44,165 nt of DNA from Catajapyx aquilonaris (GCA_000934665.2 KZ538854.1:1-44165), one strand, 5' to 3'; counted from the first letter of the stretch, positions 22,883 to 36,100 are shown. A program made the numbers and translations. Notes: a model not told the origin generated them from the sequence alone.

Positions 22883-24059
22883 GGATGACCAAATATTTTT
22901 CTACATTACCTGCAGGGTTAATTTTCCCAACCCAGCCCGTCCGAAATTAGCGTTGGGCATTGTAACGTGGCGATTAGGAGTTCTTTAACGTGAAATCAAT
23001 GCAATGGAAATAATTATATGGTAACATAGATCAATTAATTTACAATTAGCTTGTTACTCTGAAAATGTCGGAATCAAGGAAAAACCCAGCAGTCTCTCTC
23101 ACACAGAATTTAGGAATGCAAGCTATCCAATATACTGTAGACTACTAGGCTACATGTTTTGTGCTATAAACATATTACCCCGTTCAAAATAACTTGAACC
23201 TTATGTGCTTAAATTTGTCATATTGCTGTATATAGTATTTTTGTTCCTCTGTTTGCTTCAGTTACAGTAGTCTTTTCTTCCATAAGTTGCTATTTTTTTT
23301 TTTTTTAAAGTTTAAATGTACACCACAATTCAATAATGTAATATACAAAAAATCACATTCACTAAACTTCACGTAATAAAGGTAATGTGTGGATAATGCA
23401 TGTGTAAACACTGCTAATTATAACTGTACATCCCCAAGCGTAAAATTTACTGAAAATTATCCACCGCGACTATTGTAATATACAGTACAGGCCATACCTA
23501 TTAAATTATTTACACCCATCCCGCACTAATGCGCATATTCCCAAGACAAATAAGCGTGCATTGAACTCCCGTAAAGACATTCAGACCAATTTACACGATG
23601 TGACTGCATGTGATGCACCAGAATGAAAAGAGTCAGTCCTCGTCTACCCCTTCCTTACACCCTCGCAATACACTTGCGTATTAAAAGCATGCAGAGCACC
23701 TCGAAAAGCAGCATAGTGCAGGGCAAATATTACTGTCAGATTGCAGGTTGACACAGCCTCCCTTTTACTTTGTTACAGTACTAACGTCGAGTTTCGGTTC
23801 GGCCCACAAAGTTGTGCAAAATGAGCTGAGAACCTCTGACCTCTGTGAATTTGCTCAGGAAAACCCGTGCTGACTCTCGAAGAGGTTGAATGTTAGCTGG
23901 ATAAATCTGGACCTACTTGCCCTAGTTCCTACTGAATAAACATCACCAATCATGGGTTGCAAATGTGAAAAACTCATTGTTTCGCAATCACTCTTGGGAC
24001 TGATTAGGAGTGATGTACACACATCAGCTGACACGGTCCATGACAGAAAATCAGTGTTG

Positions 24060-25050
24060 AAAAACCGAAAAAAGCACGCATCCAACGCGGTATCTCTAAG
24101 GTGAAAAGAACACGGGCAATCCGGCAGATTCTAGTAGCTCCAAGCAGGGTGGAAAATAAGCCGTACGTATCTTATCTGTCAACACATAAATCGCCAGGAC
24201 TCTCGATCTCCTATTCGAATGTCGGCTCTCCATTTATCTGCCTGTCCCTATGGTAAAATTCTACTCACTGCTTTTGGGCTTCGTTGGTCTGGCCAAGTCA
24301 ATACGTTTCCGCGTTTCGCTGCTCTTGCGGAGTCGACTCCAGAAGAATTTAAACAGGTTCGAGATTCTCCCTGGCTCATATTTTACAGGAAACAGGGAAG
24401 TAATCATTTTCCCTCTTGTCAGTTTCCTTTTCTTTCTCTGGAGCTGATTCAAATGGACCAGCTGCACACTGCGATGCATCGGGACAGTAGCGAACAACGT
24501 GGTTATTCCGGAAGAGAGCCTGCATTACAGCATGGATCTACCACACAGACATTATTTTTAGCTTGATTGAACTCGAACTGGTAATCTCAGAATCGGGAAC
24601 TGAGTCACATTTTGGTATTGTCTCCGAGGCGTACAAAATGGTCAAGTCAGTTTTCTTTGATGAAAGGCCCCATGCCAACTTGATGCATCTAGCACCAAAT
24701 GTCCAGAGGAGCCGTATCCAGGTCACTCGCAATCGACTGTCGATTGCGAGTGACCTGGATGAGTATACGGCTCGAAAAGTAGAAATGTTTTGTTTCAGAA
24801 AGATGCGCTTGAACACCCAAAAAAATCTCCGAAGGCAATCCTCTCCACTGACAAGCAAAAACCTGCTCCAGAGAGCAGGTGCACCATAGTACACGTGAAT
24901 CGGTGTCTACCGCCTTGAATTTCATGCCTAACGCGCTCTGACGGTGTATGACTATCTACTAGCTCGGGTAGTATATACCCCACTCTAACCAGGTTTTTTT
25001 CCCCCCTCGAAAATATGGAAAACGTGCAGGCCCAACTAACAGGATGAGAT
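24060..25050 (-). pseudogene. Decayed piggyBac transposase
   Basis: Ordered motifs PYFRGG..IYYPS (~FRGR..QYxPSKP), GMKFKAVDTDSR (~GIKFWxxxDxxS), QNISTF (~RNITxD), KNNVCVV, LPE*/VVRY, SVQLVHL..RKLTRGKM (~GVDxxDQ..RxTxRWPM), and C-terminal PDCPCSFHL..ACFF (Cys-rich domain). Confidence 0.6.
24709..24773. repeat. Perfect palindrome (22-bp arms, 1-nt spacer) with outer 9-bp arms
   Basis: ATCCAGGTCACTCGCAATCGAC-T-GTCGATTGCGAGTGACCTGGAT (24716-24760), flanked by GAGCCGTAT / ATACGGCTC. Confidence 0.95.
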
Positions 25051-28000
25051 GGTGCAATTTGTGCCTACGGGGAATGCACCACGTCCTGTAAATCGGAACT
25101 GTAGCGTTACAGGTTATTCAAACACGTACTGGAACTACTCATAAAGTTGGGCACCTCCTTCAGACCCTTGCATGAAGTTCCTGCCAGCCAGAAATTGATG
25201 AATGTCGTAAAGGTAATAAAAAGCCAAGGGTGCGTGGGTGCCTAGCAATACTTGGGTGCTGCGATTTTTTAATGGAAAAAAACTTGGGCGGGGGTGGGGG
25301 GTATTGTAATAACGGTCTGAATATACTGATCCGTGAAGACAGAGGCAGGTGGTGTGCTGCACTTTAAAGGCCTTCTACCGCCGCCCAGATTTTTACAGCC
25401 ATCGGACCTGTTCTAGCGCAGGTGACCGCCTGCTCCCAAAGGCCTAAGGCCTACCACTTGTGAGCGTCACACGAAAAAAAAACAGGTAAAAAATCTCAGG
25501 TTCAAAAAAGTCAAAGGGACGCCTCTCTCTCTTGGAGACCTTGTGACCATCTGCCGTGCGCGAGCTTTCCACGCAGTGTTGCCATCCTTACTGACGAGGG
25601 TAAATGAAGAAACTTTGTACCATCTCATTATACGTGCATATTTATAATTAGACTCCAAAATGAAGATGGAATTGTATGATGAATTTTATTGCCATTGCGG
25701 TTACCTTAATTAAAGGTCTACCTAGCTCTCATGAATTTCTGCAATTTTCTGCTTATGCCAAGTATTATTGTTTGCCACCTTGCAATATTCGTAAAGTGGC
25801 CTCCATTTCATACATAATTATGCTTTCATATTCATAACACACACATATTTGTAATCTGAGAGAGGGGTAAATATATAAATCAATATTTGTGACAATTTTC
25901 CGCTTTTCACCCGACATGCCGGGGCAGAATTGCACTCCCTACTCTTCCCAGGGCCAGGAGAAAAGGCCTGGTGTATTTCACAATGTCAGCAATGACTAAA
26001 AATTACAGCGCCCTCCATTGGGAACCTCCCCTTCCCCCCTAAGAGTCCTATCACGGGGTATTTAAAAAATTAATTAATTAATTTAAAAAAATATTCGTGA
26101 CAATATATTTAAAAATATTTATAATCTCCTTATAGACACAAAATATCCTGAAATTGACGACATATTATTAAACTGACCTGTATTGGAGAATATTTTGTTG
26201 CCGAATTATTAACAATACGGCACAGCAATACGCTTTGAACAATCCCTATAATGCACAAGAATGTGCTGTTTTCATCATGAAAAGGAATCATTTGAATTGA
26301 CATGGTAAAACGCATTAGGCCGCTGGCAGGAAAAAATTACGTAAAATCCTTTTGTTATTCAACCTTCATGGCACAAAAATCCTCGGAGCATATAAACTGC
26401 CCATAGTATTGGCCTGCAGATTATGGCATATATGCCTTTGACTTTCCAAAAACAGCGAGGCTAACAACAACTACATTATTTTTTTTTACAATTTAACCTA
26501 ATTTTAGCCCGTTGTAAAAATGCCCAGCAGAATATTATACACTCTTTCAGAATGACTGCTTCTGGCAGCTTTTATAGCGTGTTAATGGTATGCATTTATG
26601 CAAATTCTTAAACCATGCACCATGCCTCGCGGTATATTTTACAAGATTTCCAAAAATCACATTGACTAATTCTTAAATCAATAAAAGCACTTTTTTTTAA
26701 AAAAAGCTGGTCTCACCTCAGCGGCATTAGCTCTTCTGAATGCTGGCATTTGAACGCCCTGAATCAAGGCCACAGGTTGGAAGGGATTGGGTACACCCCA
26801 CCCCCAAAGTTTGCCAAACATGTTCAAATTTGCATACCTATCTGCTGCAAATTTCCAATTTTCTCTCGGGGCAAAAAACCACCGGGCTTGTCTAAAGTAT
26901 AATTTTTCTGACAATTTACGGGTTTTTTTTGGTTGGAAAGGTGGGTGGGGGGGATCATCTTATTTGAGTAGGCTACAGTTAGTGGGATGTGGCAGGGAAA
27001 GGAGGGGTCGATTAAAAACCACTCCCAAAATTGAGTCCTGGATAAGGGCCTGTTCTGAATGAACAGGTTGTACTGCGGGTGACATTTTTTTTAATGCAAA
27101 AATTCCGATACTAGACTATACTCTAGTGTGCGAAGTCTATCACTCAGCAAAATGAAAAGTCTTGCCACATGCAAAACGCATTTGAGGAAGTTGTTTCGCT
27201 CTCGCATTACAAGATTGGACATTTTTGTCGAATTTGTAAATTTTGCGGAAAACTTTAAATCGCATAGTTTTGCGGCAATCATAAAGTGCAAAATCTTTTT
27301 GAAGGGTATGAGCATCAAAATCCGTTTTGATCTTTCCTGGTAAAGCTTTAATTGTATGAACCAACTGACTTATGCCGGGTTATTCTATTAAATCTGCATG
27401 GTTCTAACATTTAACAACATCCAATGATATATACGACCACAAGCTACTAACAAATAATAACTACTGAAATACACGAAAAGAATTGTTTGTTACTGCATGT
27501 TACATACCCGTTCCCCCACCCCCTGGAAACTACTAATTCCATGTTATACCACACACACATTAATTACATTATTTTAACAATATATACAAGTGCGCCTCTG
27601 AATAGACCTACAGATGAATCCAACCCTATGTGTGTGGGCAGGACCACACACCGCATTGTGTACCAACTAAAATAATAACCCTGCTCTCCTGCCAACAAAA
27701 TGAGCTCCCAGTTTTGTTAAAATAAGACGAGCCCTACCCTTGCCTAATATTTATGTACGACTGGCTACTGTGATGAATACAGCTGGCTTCCCAGCACTAG
27801 AGGTATTCCCAATAGCCAAAAATTCTAGGGGGCAATCCAGTCCAGTGCCGGGAACCGTTTCAGGAATAAGTCACGCTTAACGAGCTGAAAAATGCGCGAG
27901 TTGGCGCGATCGTGTCACCTGCGTGGTAGGCAACGGCGACGCTCATGTTTCGCGGCCAAATAACGAATGGTCGTCCCTCAAACATGCGCCATTATAACAT

Positions 28001-28615
28001 GCATGGGTTGGGGTGCTGTGGTCGTAATTCGTGTTGGAGACTGCTCTTGCTACATTTTCAGTTGCTATTATTTTAATCACTGGTTTTTCTCATGTATCGA
28101 GAACCGATGCGACAAAGGAGGTTGGACTAGACACGCACCTCTTTGCGTCCAGTCCGTTTCATCCACTTTGTTGGGAAACAGACCAGGAGGTGGCTCCATC
28201 TCAGCTCGGGCTATTTCCGACATTGATCGTAGCTTCCCCGAACACTTTCTTCTTTCCGGGGTGGTTTTTTAAAAAAAACCCGAGAGGAACATGCAGTACC
28301 GACGCATGTGTATATAGGGAGAAACTCGTGACTTGTTGGAAATAATTTATGATTGTGTACGGACTGAACCTATATATTGTTGTAAATTTTTAAGCATTTT
28401 TAAAGGTGATATTAATAGTACTAGAATACAGAGTAGGGTAGAAATCAATAGTCGAGCTTAATTTGCAACTATGGCAGTAGGCTAAAACAAAGGCCTAATT
28501 AATATTGAATGGTCGGAAACGCAGTACGATGTAAAAATGGGGCAGGCGGACAGACTAGCATTAATATTTCTATTACATTCAGTATGCCGAAGTTATATTT
28601 AAAATTAACCGATTA

Positions 28616-28751
28616 CAGTTGAATCTGGATATAACAGCGGAAATCAGTCTGTTATAACCAAGGTCGGTTATAGCCAAATACACAAACCATATATGGAAGT
28701 ATTCCGGGATCAGCCTTTCGAGTATGTTATAGCCGAGACTGTTACAAGTGT
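28616..28751. mobile_element. Degenerate Tigger/pogo-type MITE
   Basis: TA|CAGTTGAATCTGGATATAAC left end plus repeated GTTATA(A/G)CC motifs. Right end eroded. Confidence 0.5.
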
Positions 28752-30174
28752 ACAAAAAATAAGCATTTGGCAGAGGAATGTTTCAGTCATCATTTATAAT
28801 GTTGAGTAATGAGGTGCAAGGGCAGTGAAGCAAGACGACCGAAACCTCCCCCATGAGGAAGGTGCTTCTGAAGAGTCCCTAAAGGCACATTTCTTTACGT
28901 GTTATTCATGATACCTGCATGCCATAAGACAATTCATAAGCACACAGTGGCGAAGTGAATAACATTGCATGCTGTGCGGTTGTAGGCGTTTGTTCAGGGA
29001 GGAGTCGAAGGTCTAGGGGGGAGGCCTAGGGTGTGGAGAGACTCCGTGTCTAATTTCTCCCTCAGGGGCGGCCCCCATGGTCACTTGAAATTGGAGCAAA
29101 TTTGTTGCGTAATCAAAACCAGTCGTAAAGTGGTTGCTCAATTTTTCAGCTAAATGTTGCTTATTCGACCAATTCAGTCTTTACAACAATAGTGATATAC
29201 ATTAAAACAAGAATGGGTGAAAAAACTTTACAATACCTGCACTTTACAATCGCGTTGTGTGGCCCAAATGAATTATAGCAACTTTTGTACAGATGCGGGT
29301 TTTTTTCTGTAGGACGGCAGTGTAGTTCTGGTAACGATTACAGAATTACATATGGCAAACCCGTTTTTGGCGGGCGGTATTGGAATATTTAGACAAACAA
29401 TGTGCATACATTAACCTCGAACAGTACGTATAGGGCAAGGTATAGGGCACCTCCAGCATGGGCGGCAACAGAAATTATGGGTGCCAGTAATCATCTTCCG
29501 GGAGCAAGCAACTCCTCAATTTGATTGGAGCGGTTACAAGTTATTACTGGTCCGGAGGCACTCTCTCAGACCAAATTACAATAAATTACTAGTAGGCCTC
29601 AGCCACTACCTTTGTGCAACACAATACGTAGGTCACGTCCGACAAAATGTGCCTATGTGTTGGAAAAATATTTTTAAACTACAGCTTGCATTACGACTAC
29701 AGGGTCTAAAGAACTACTTTTTTTGAGGAAAATATCCCCTTATGATGTGAGTGTGAAAGGACCCCCCCTAGATCTAGCTTTAACTGAATGTCGATTGGGA
29801 ACTTATACTGTACGTATATAGCATAGCGAAACGACTCTCCTGAAAAGTCCACCCTACTCTCCTTTCCACAATTCCCAAAAATCTCCAAATCGCCACGTTT
29901 TCAATGTTCCAAAACCCTGAAAGGCTCTCCCGTGAGAACAGTAGCAAATGGTTTTCACACAATGTTTTATTCAACAGTGGGTTTTACGCGAGTGCTGAGA
30001 AGCCCACTTGTTTGCGGTGGCTCCAAGGTGCTACTAAAATTGCGAATAACATAAGCATGTAATACGCAAGCTGACTCCCTCAATTACATTCGGCCACAAG
30101 AAATCAAGTTTTATTGTTGTAATAACTGTTGTATCACAGCAATGAAATGTACAATGCTAATATTAATAAAAACA

Positions 30175-30505
30175 GGGAGACGGAGTGGCGCCGTGGTAAC
30201 GCGTGCGCCCACGGAAGTTAAGGTCCCGGGTTCAATCCCCACCCGGGGTCCCACCTTCTTTCGTGCAGAGTGAGACCGTCTCTGGCTTCGTTTCGGGTGG
30301 CGATCCTTGCACATAAGCCACCCGGGGGAGTTCACAAAACGGCAAATACAACGTCTGTGCACACGCACTTTGCACATCCCCTCCTACCTACCCTTGGAAC
30401 ACACTAAGTACTATCACACAGTACACCAGTTCCACCCAAATGGTGGTAATTCCACCCCCCTAATGGAAATTAACTCCCAACGGGGTACAATAAAAAAATA
30501 TATAT
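30175..30505 (+). mobile_element. Full-length tRNA-derived SINE (head resembles tRNA-Arg ACG)
   Basis: A box TGGCGCCGTGG (30186-30196), B box GGTTCAATCCC (30229-30239), A/TA-rich tail, and a perfect 15-bp TSD ATATTAATAAAAACA (30160-30174 and 30506-30520). Confidence 0.92.
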
Positions 30506-30525
30506 ATATTAATAAAAACAACATA

Positions 30526-30656
30526 CAGTCCTTTAAGCGAGAGAATAGTCTGACGTCATGTTCAGCCCGCCTCCACTCGGCTGTTCCCTCCTATCACCTA
30601 CCCGCTTCTGCGCATGCTCAGAAAACATGGCTGCTGTGAATTCGTTTAAAGGACTG
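30526..30656. mobile_element. Short TA-flanked MITE (family of 2746-2870)
   Basis: TA|CAGTCCTTTAA...TTAAAGGACTG|TA. Contains TGACGTCA and TGCGCATGCTCA. Confidence 0.85.
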
Positions 30657-32557
30657 TAAGTATTACCTGCCTGCCGCCATATTTGGCCACAGGATTTTAG
30701 GAATTGACTACCATTTGCTTCAGGAGGCAATGCCAGGCTAAATCAGGAACCAAATTATTGGATTCCAATACCAAATATAATTTATTAGGCGCAGTTAGGG
30801 AATTCAACCTAGGTCCAATACCAAATCACATAAGCCAGTAGAGCCACCTCAAGTCAGCAATCCTGAAAATAAAAACCTTTGAAAAAATAAGCCCGCGGGT
30901 CATTACCAGCCTCTTATCTACCACTCTGCAAGCAGAAGATTAATAAGCTCAGATAACAGCCACCAAGGTTGTATCTGACAGCCCCCCCTAACCGCACCCC
31001 ATCCCCGCCACCATCTCGCCTAACGCATTTCAAGCGGTAAAGAAAACTGGCTTGATTGCTCTACCTGCTGGCTATACGGAAGATCACGGAAGGTGCTAAA
31101 GTATATGGCCCAACACAAGTGGGCGGGATTAACCAAGTGATAGAACAACATGCTGCTGATCTCATATCCACTGATATAGCCTATTAGGAATGGTACAAGT
31201 TGGATACATATCACTTCGTCTGCAGCAGGAAATGAAGTTGCGTATTAAAGAACACGTTACGAAATTGCCTTGCTGGAGTTTATTAATGAATCTTCTCATT
31301 ATAATCTCAGCGTTGCATTAAACTTTGATCTCATCTGCAAATTGATCCGATAACACATTCGTGACAGCAAATATTAGGTACTGTTCAGACTACTTCTGAA
31401 GTAATCTGAGCATCAAGAAGTAGGCTGATACTCAGGGTTTTGTTGTTGCTGCCTGCGCTATACTGCGGATTTGTTCCACAGTACCTAAATTGCATTGCGA
31501 TGTAGTTACAGTACACAGCATTGTAGAGTTCATGTAGATTAGGGCACTGTAGGGAGGATTGTGCCTTAGAGGGTATTACCAGACGTATATGGAGGGAAGC
31601 CTGTGATCAAAGTGATGATACGTTATTTTTACAAGGTTTTAGCGAAAACGAGGTTTAAAGGTTTGGCATTACAAATGAGCTATTTTGCTATAAATATGTA
31701 CACAATCGCTCTTAGAAGTACTAACCTGTACTTAAATGCACGCCAGATTATTTTACAACATTACTGTGATGTTTTTTGCCACAAATTTACTGTGGCTGAT
31801 ACATTAGTAAAGTAAGCTTTGAGTTAATTCTTAGTAACGCTAATAATTATTAGAAACTACGCTATGACATATTGAGCAGAGAGGAGCAACAAAACATGTC
31901 TCCTCACGGTAATTTTCCAATAGCATTCAACAAAAATGAAAGGCTACTGATGGAAAACATGTCAGAGTGACGGAAAGCAACTTCACAAGTTTCAAGCCCT
32001 GTCCAGCTATTGCCATAGAAGTGAGGTAGCATACAAAAGGCAATGGCAGCAGTCGTAATTCCGATTTTTTTCTCGTGGAATTGTCCCGGTCAGAACCTGC
32101 ACTGACAGGATAAAAGCGCGACCATATTAGGCCATTGGGTTAGAGACCACTAAACTATATGAGAGCAGACTATTAAGCCGACAGTTATGGTTCTCCTACA
32201 TCCTACTCGTGCGTATCGTACATGTCGTCGTATAAGCAAAGGCCTGCAATGACATAATATATTCCAAAGTTAATAGCAACAGCGGGCGGTGGTCATTTGA
32301 CCATTATTAAAAGGTAGGCATAAGAGGCGTCAATAGCTTTCCAGAAAGCATTATGACACTATCCTGCCTGGCACGCTCCTGGTCAATAATCCAATACTTT
32401 GATTTAATTCAGTTGCAAAATCTTATAAAACAAAATGAGCTAACTGAAAGTAATATTATTCGGATGATGGTTATTTTATATCACTTAGCCTACATAGAAA
32501 ATTAAATCCCACGGAGAACACCTGATATGTTTTTAAGGTACTATTGTTTGCACAATA

Positions 32558-33471
32558 GGGGAGACCGGGGCACAATGGTCCACGGGGCACAGTGGTCCTT
32601 TCCATTTATAAAAATAAGAAACCGGAATAATGTCTTCATATGGTACCTCGTGAAACAGGTCATTATTGTGCATCTTTCCAACATGACAGCCACCTGTGAG
32701 ATGCCTGCGATCCTGCTGTATCAGGGGAAATCTATTTTAAGAGTAGTGAAGTAACTTTTAACCCACAGTTTAAATGCCATATCAGGCGTAGATGCTGGGC
32801 ATGACCCTGATGTGAAAATGTTGTTGAATAGTGCCATCCTTTGTGCATAAATGCTAAAAATTTGGAAAGCGTCATTTGCCATTGAAGCTACGATTCATAA
32901 CATCATGTCAGTTGCTGCCCTCTGAAGTACAGTGGTCCATGGACCAGTGTGCACCTCTTTGTGAACGACCCTTTTGCCTCTGTACAGCACTTTATGTCAT
33001 CGTAGTTTTATATAATAATGGTTTTGACAGACACTATTATGAAATTTAATAAAGTTCATTCGCCAAAGGATGTGGCAGGACAAGGTCAACATTCCAGAGA
33101 GAGACAATGTTTCACTTGTGTCCGCAGGTCAGTTGCAGTAACAGAAATCCCTTTATTTATTTTATGTTTATTTAGAGGGGTTATGTGTAAGATAAAAAAT
33201 AATATATACTTCTTGTGTGAATTAGGGGTCCCAATCACTTCCGGGCCATTGAGCCCAGGGTTCGGGGCACAGTGGTCCATTTGCATAGGTCAGCTTCTAA
33301 AATAATTTATTTAAGCCAAAAGGATGGCACTACCTGTGAATATATTAGTCACTTATATTACCAAAGAGTACCTCCACCATGCCGGAAAATATTGAGGGTG
33401 TAGGTAAAACAGGAGCTCTTATAAAAATTCAAATGCTCAAAAGTGGACCACTGTGCCCCGGTCTCCCAGGC
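32558..33471. mobile_element. pogo/Tc1-superfamily non-autonomous element
   Basis: TA|GGGGAGACCGGGGCACAATGGTCCAC ... GTGGACCACTGTGCCCCGGTCTCCC(agg)C|TA. GGGGCACAGTGGTCC repeats at ~32584 and ~33264, with a partial copy at ~32929. Confidence 0.88.
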
Positions 33472-33626
33472 TACTAACTTGTAATTAGGCAAGAGGCAGA
33501 GTCCTCCAATTACACGTGAAAAAGTTTTGTCGAACAATATTAGACTTAAGAAAGCAGGTCTCCGAAAAGAAAAGTTCTTTACGCATTCCTATAAATACTG
33601 TAATAACAGTATAGATAGCTCTGGAG

Positions 33627-33738
33627 CATGTACTATATCGCCCAAAAAGATAGAGACGATTTTGCATTTGACTCAAGTGCAACTTGCACTTGAATCAAAT
33701 GCCAATCGTCTCTATCTTTTTGAGCGATATACTACATG
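33627..33738. mobile_element. ~100-bp hairpin MITE (33633-33732) in a symmetric CATG-TA-CATG target
   Basis: 55/56-bp arms with ~4 differences and a 1-nt spacer at 33683. TA on both sides. Confidence 0.85.
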
Positions 33739-33869
33739 TACAGGCAGTGTTTCGTAAGTTAGCTCTCACCTTCATTGGTTGAAAATATCACGTAGGCTAC
33801 GTTATGTGAAGGTGAAATGAGAGGAATGAGTCCTACAACGGAAAAACATCAATATCATCATCATCATAG

Positions 33870-33870
<1 letters not shown>

Positions 33871-33934
<64 letters not shown>
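33871..33934. repeat. (TAT)n microsatellite, ~21 units, preceded by a short (CAT)n
   Basis: Direct reading. Confidence 0.98.
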
Positions 33935-34520
33935 TACAGTTATGTGTACTGCAAAACATACGAGAGAATGCGAATATATTTTTACTTGTTTCATATTTCA
34001 CTGTAAACATGAAACTAATAGTTTACATACAGTATAGTAGTTACTGTACACAGTTGTGTATGCCTATGTGCATGTATAATTGTGCAAACATTTCAGCTGC
34101 CATTTCCAGTAATGATGATTATATTTTTACTGCCAGTAGAGTCCTCCCCCATTGACTTACTACTTCATGAAATTATACTGGTGAATGAAATTATTACCAT
34201 TATCATTTGACAGAATGTTCCTCAGCAATACTCGTCCCGAATTGGTGGCAAATTCCACATAAAAAGCCTGGCGCGTACATATTTCTGACTCGTTAATTAA
34301 TCTACCGATTAATTAGCCTACTTATACAGAAATTAATTAACGAATTAACCATGCATTCATATGTGCATGTAGGCTACGTAACCTAGTAATGAACGCACTG
34401 ATGTAGCTAGAAATTTGGAACAGGTGGAATACTATCCCCCAATACTTTTCAAGTACACTACAAGGGAGTAGTTTTATAATATTTTTTCCAAAAATATTGC
34501 TGAAATTCGTAATTAATTAA

Positions 34521-36100
34521 CCCTTCTGCATAAGTGTATATTGGGAATACAGTGCAGTCATGTACAAGACTATTTTTATTTCAAGTCATGGCCATCTATC
34601 CTTCCTGACTTCCACGATGGTAAATCCAGAACAAGTGGTTAATCCTACACATGTGAACCTAACAATGAGCAATTAACTTTTTCTGCGGAACTGAGCAACT
34701 CCTCCAAATGAACTGTTTAATTGCAAACAATAATAATGTTATTATAAGCGATATCGAAAACCAAGTCTCCGAGTGGTGGATTTGGGTCCGACCCTTTTCG
34801 TTTCTTGCCACTCATCAGATTTAGTCAATGCAGCCATCCGCGCCCAATTTCATTTCACGGTTCACGGAGATGCGTTGCGTGCCAACAGCTGCAATAGGGA
34901 ATATGCTCAGAATTCCTTCTTCCTTTTCCGACCTTTACCCAGCACCCAGATACACCATTTTCAAATAGGTTACTCATCACAAAGCTTCTGGAACACTATT
35001 TTCCAAGTTTAAACACATATACCGACATAATGCTAATTTTCCCATGCAGCTTATAGGACTTAAAAAGTAATTTAAAAATATTTTTCTATTTTTCTTACAA
35101 AAAAATTGGTAGCTATATTAACGGAAGAGCTCGCCATAATTATTTGACTTGCTCCGTATGTGTTTATCCATCACTTGCCCACTTCCACAACTCCAATGGA
35201 CTATATACACTGTGGAGATTGGAGAGGATGGGGAGAAAAAAGAGGTAGAGAATGGCCATGGAACAGGTGGCGATGACGCTGCTTGCCAGAGATTTTGATG
35301 GCCAACATCCGATGAAAAAGCACAACCTTGTTCGGAGAGGCCTCTTCTCCGGATTCCCCTGGTATCCTGCAGTACATTCCTACGGACCATCTGGCATATG
35401 GCAACTCGTGAGGTCTTCATTGCCAACAGTCATGGTCGGTCGTTTGGGTCGTTCAGCGTCAGCGGTATGGTATCGAATGTTGACACCACATTGCGAGACA
35501 GCTTTGTTGATGAACTCGACACATTTTGGGATCCGGACCTTTCTTTTCTTTGTGAACAGATGGTTCATTGTTGAGACATGGCAACATGGCAACAGGTGCA
35601 AGATTCCACCATCGGAGAAAAATGGCGTTAGTACCCAACATAGGTGATGAAATCTTCGTACATTTTTTTTTGTGTATTGTCACCACTACCGATAGAGGTC
35701 ACCCTATACGCTTCAAACATGGCTGAAAAAGTGGTCCGGCCAGATCATTACGTAACAGAGCCGGATCACTTTCTTTTCAGATTTTGAACACAAATTCGGA
35801 TGGGTTGTGAGTGCCCTGTCATACGCCATTGTAGAAAAGGAACGAGAGTCAATCATGCGTCCGTTCTTCTTATCGATTGCGCTCTCGGCAAAAGTCGAAC
35901 GCCCTTTTACTTCCATCCTTTCACGTCTCCCTCAAGAATAATAAGGATAATACGATTATGCCTTGTTGAGATAAAAGGTTCTGTAACGTAATAATGTGGC
36001 ATAGTGGGGGCCCCGAGTTGTACAATCAAATGGGCTAGATTAGTCAAATTGAGGAGGTTGATGGCTGAAGAGCCCGGCTGCAGTATATCGCCCTTCAGAA
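34521..36100 (-). pseudogene. Decayed piggyBac transposase with a candidate 3' terminus
   Basis: YVTEPFISTR (~VDExMI), KGWK*KGVRL (~KPxKxGIK), IDKKNGRMID (~DxxxGY), WPDHFFSHV (~DNFFTS), VTIHKK (~GTIR), WWNLAPVAM/STMNH (~WxDxxxVxMLSTxH), IPKCVEFINK..CGVN (~PxxVxxYNxxMGGVD), and Cys-rich C..C..KGRR..YCSC at ~34860-34960. TTAA|CCCTT at 34517-34525. Confidence 0.68.

Noticed and set aside
26750..27340. Scraps of old DNA elements (TCCTGGATAAGGGCCTG end; TTTGCG-rich tract)
   Set aside because: No matching opposite ends; boundaries cannot be defined.
30175..30250. Functional tRNA-Arg gene
   Set aside because: Acceptor and anticodon stems do not pair, and it continues into a body, tail and TSD, so it is a SINE head.
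35789..35801. 12-nt match (ACAAATTCGGAT) to the reverse complement of the miR-10 3' half
   Set aside because: Seed half absent, no hairpin, and it lies within a piggyBac fossil.
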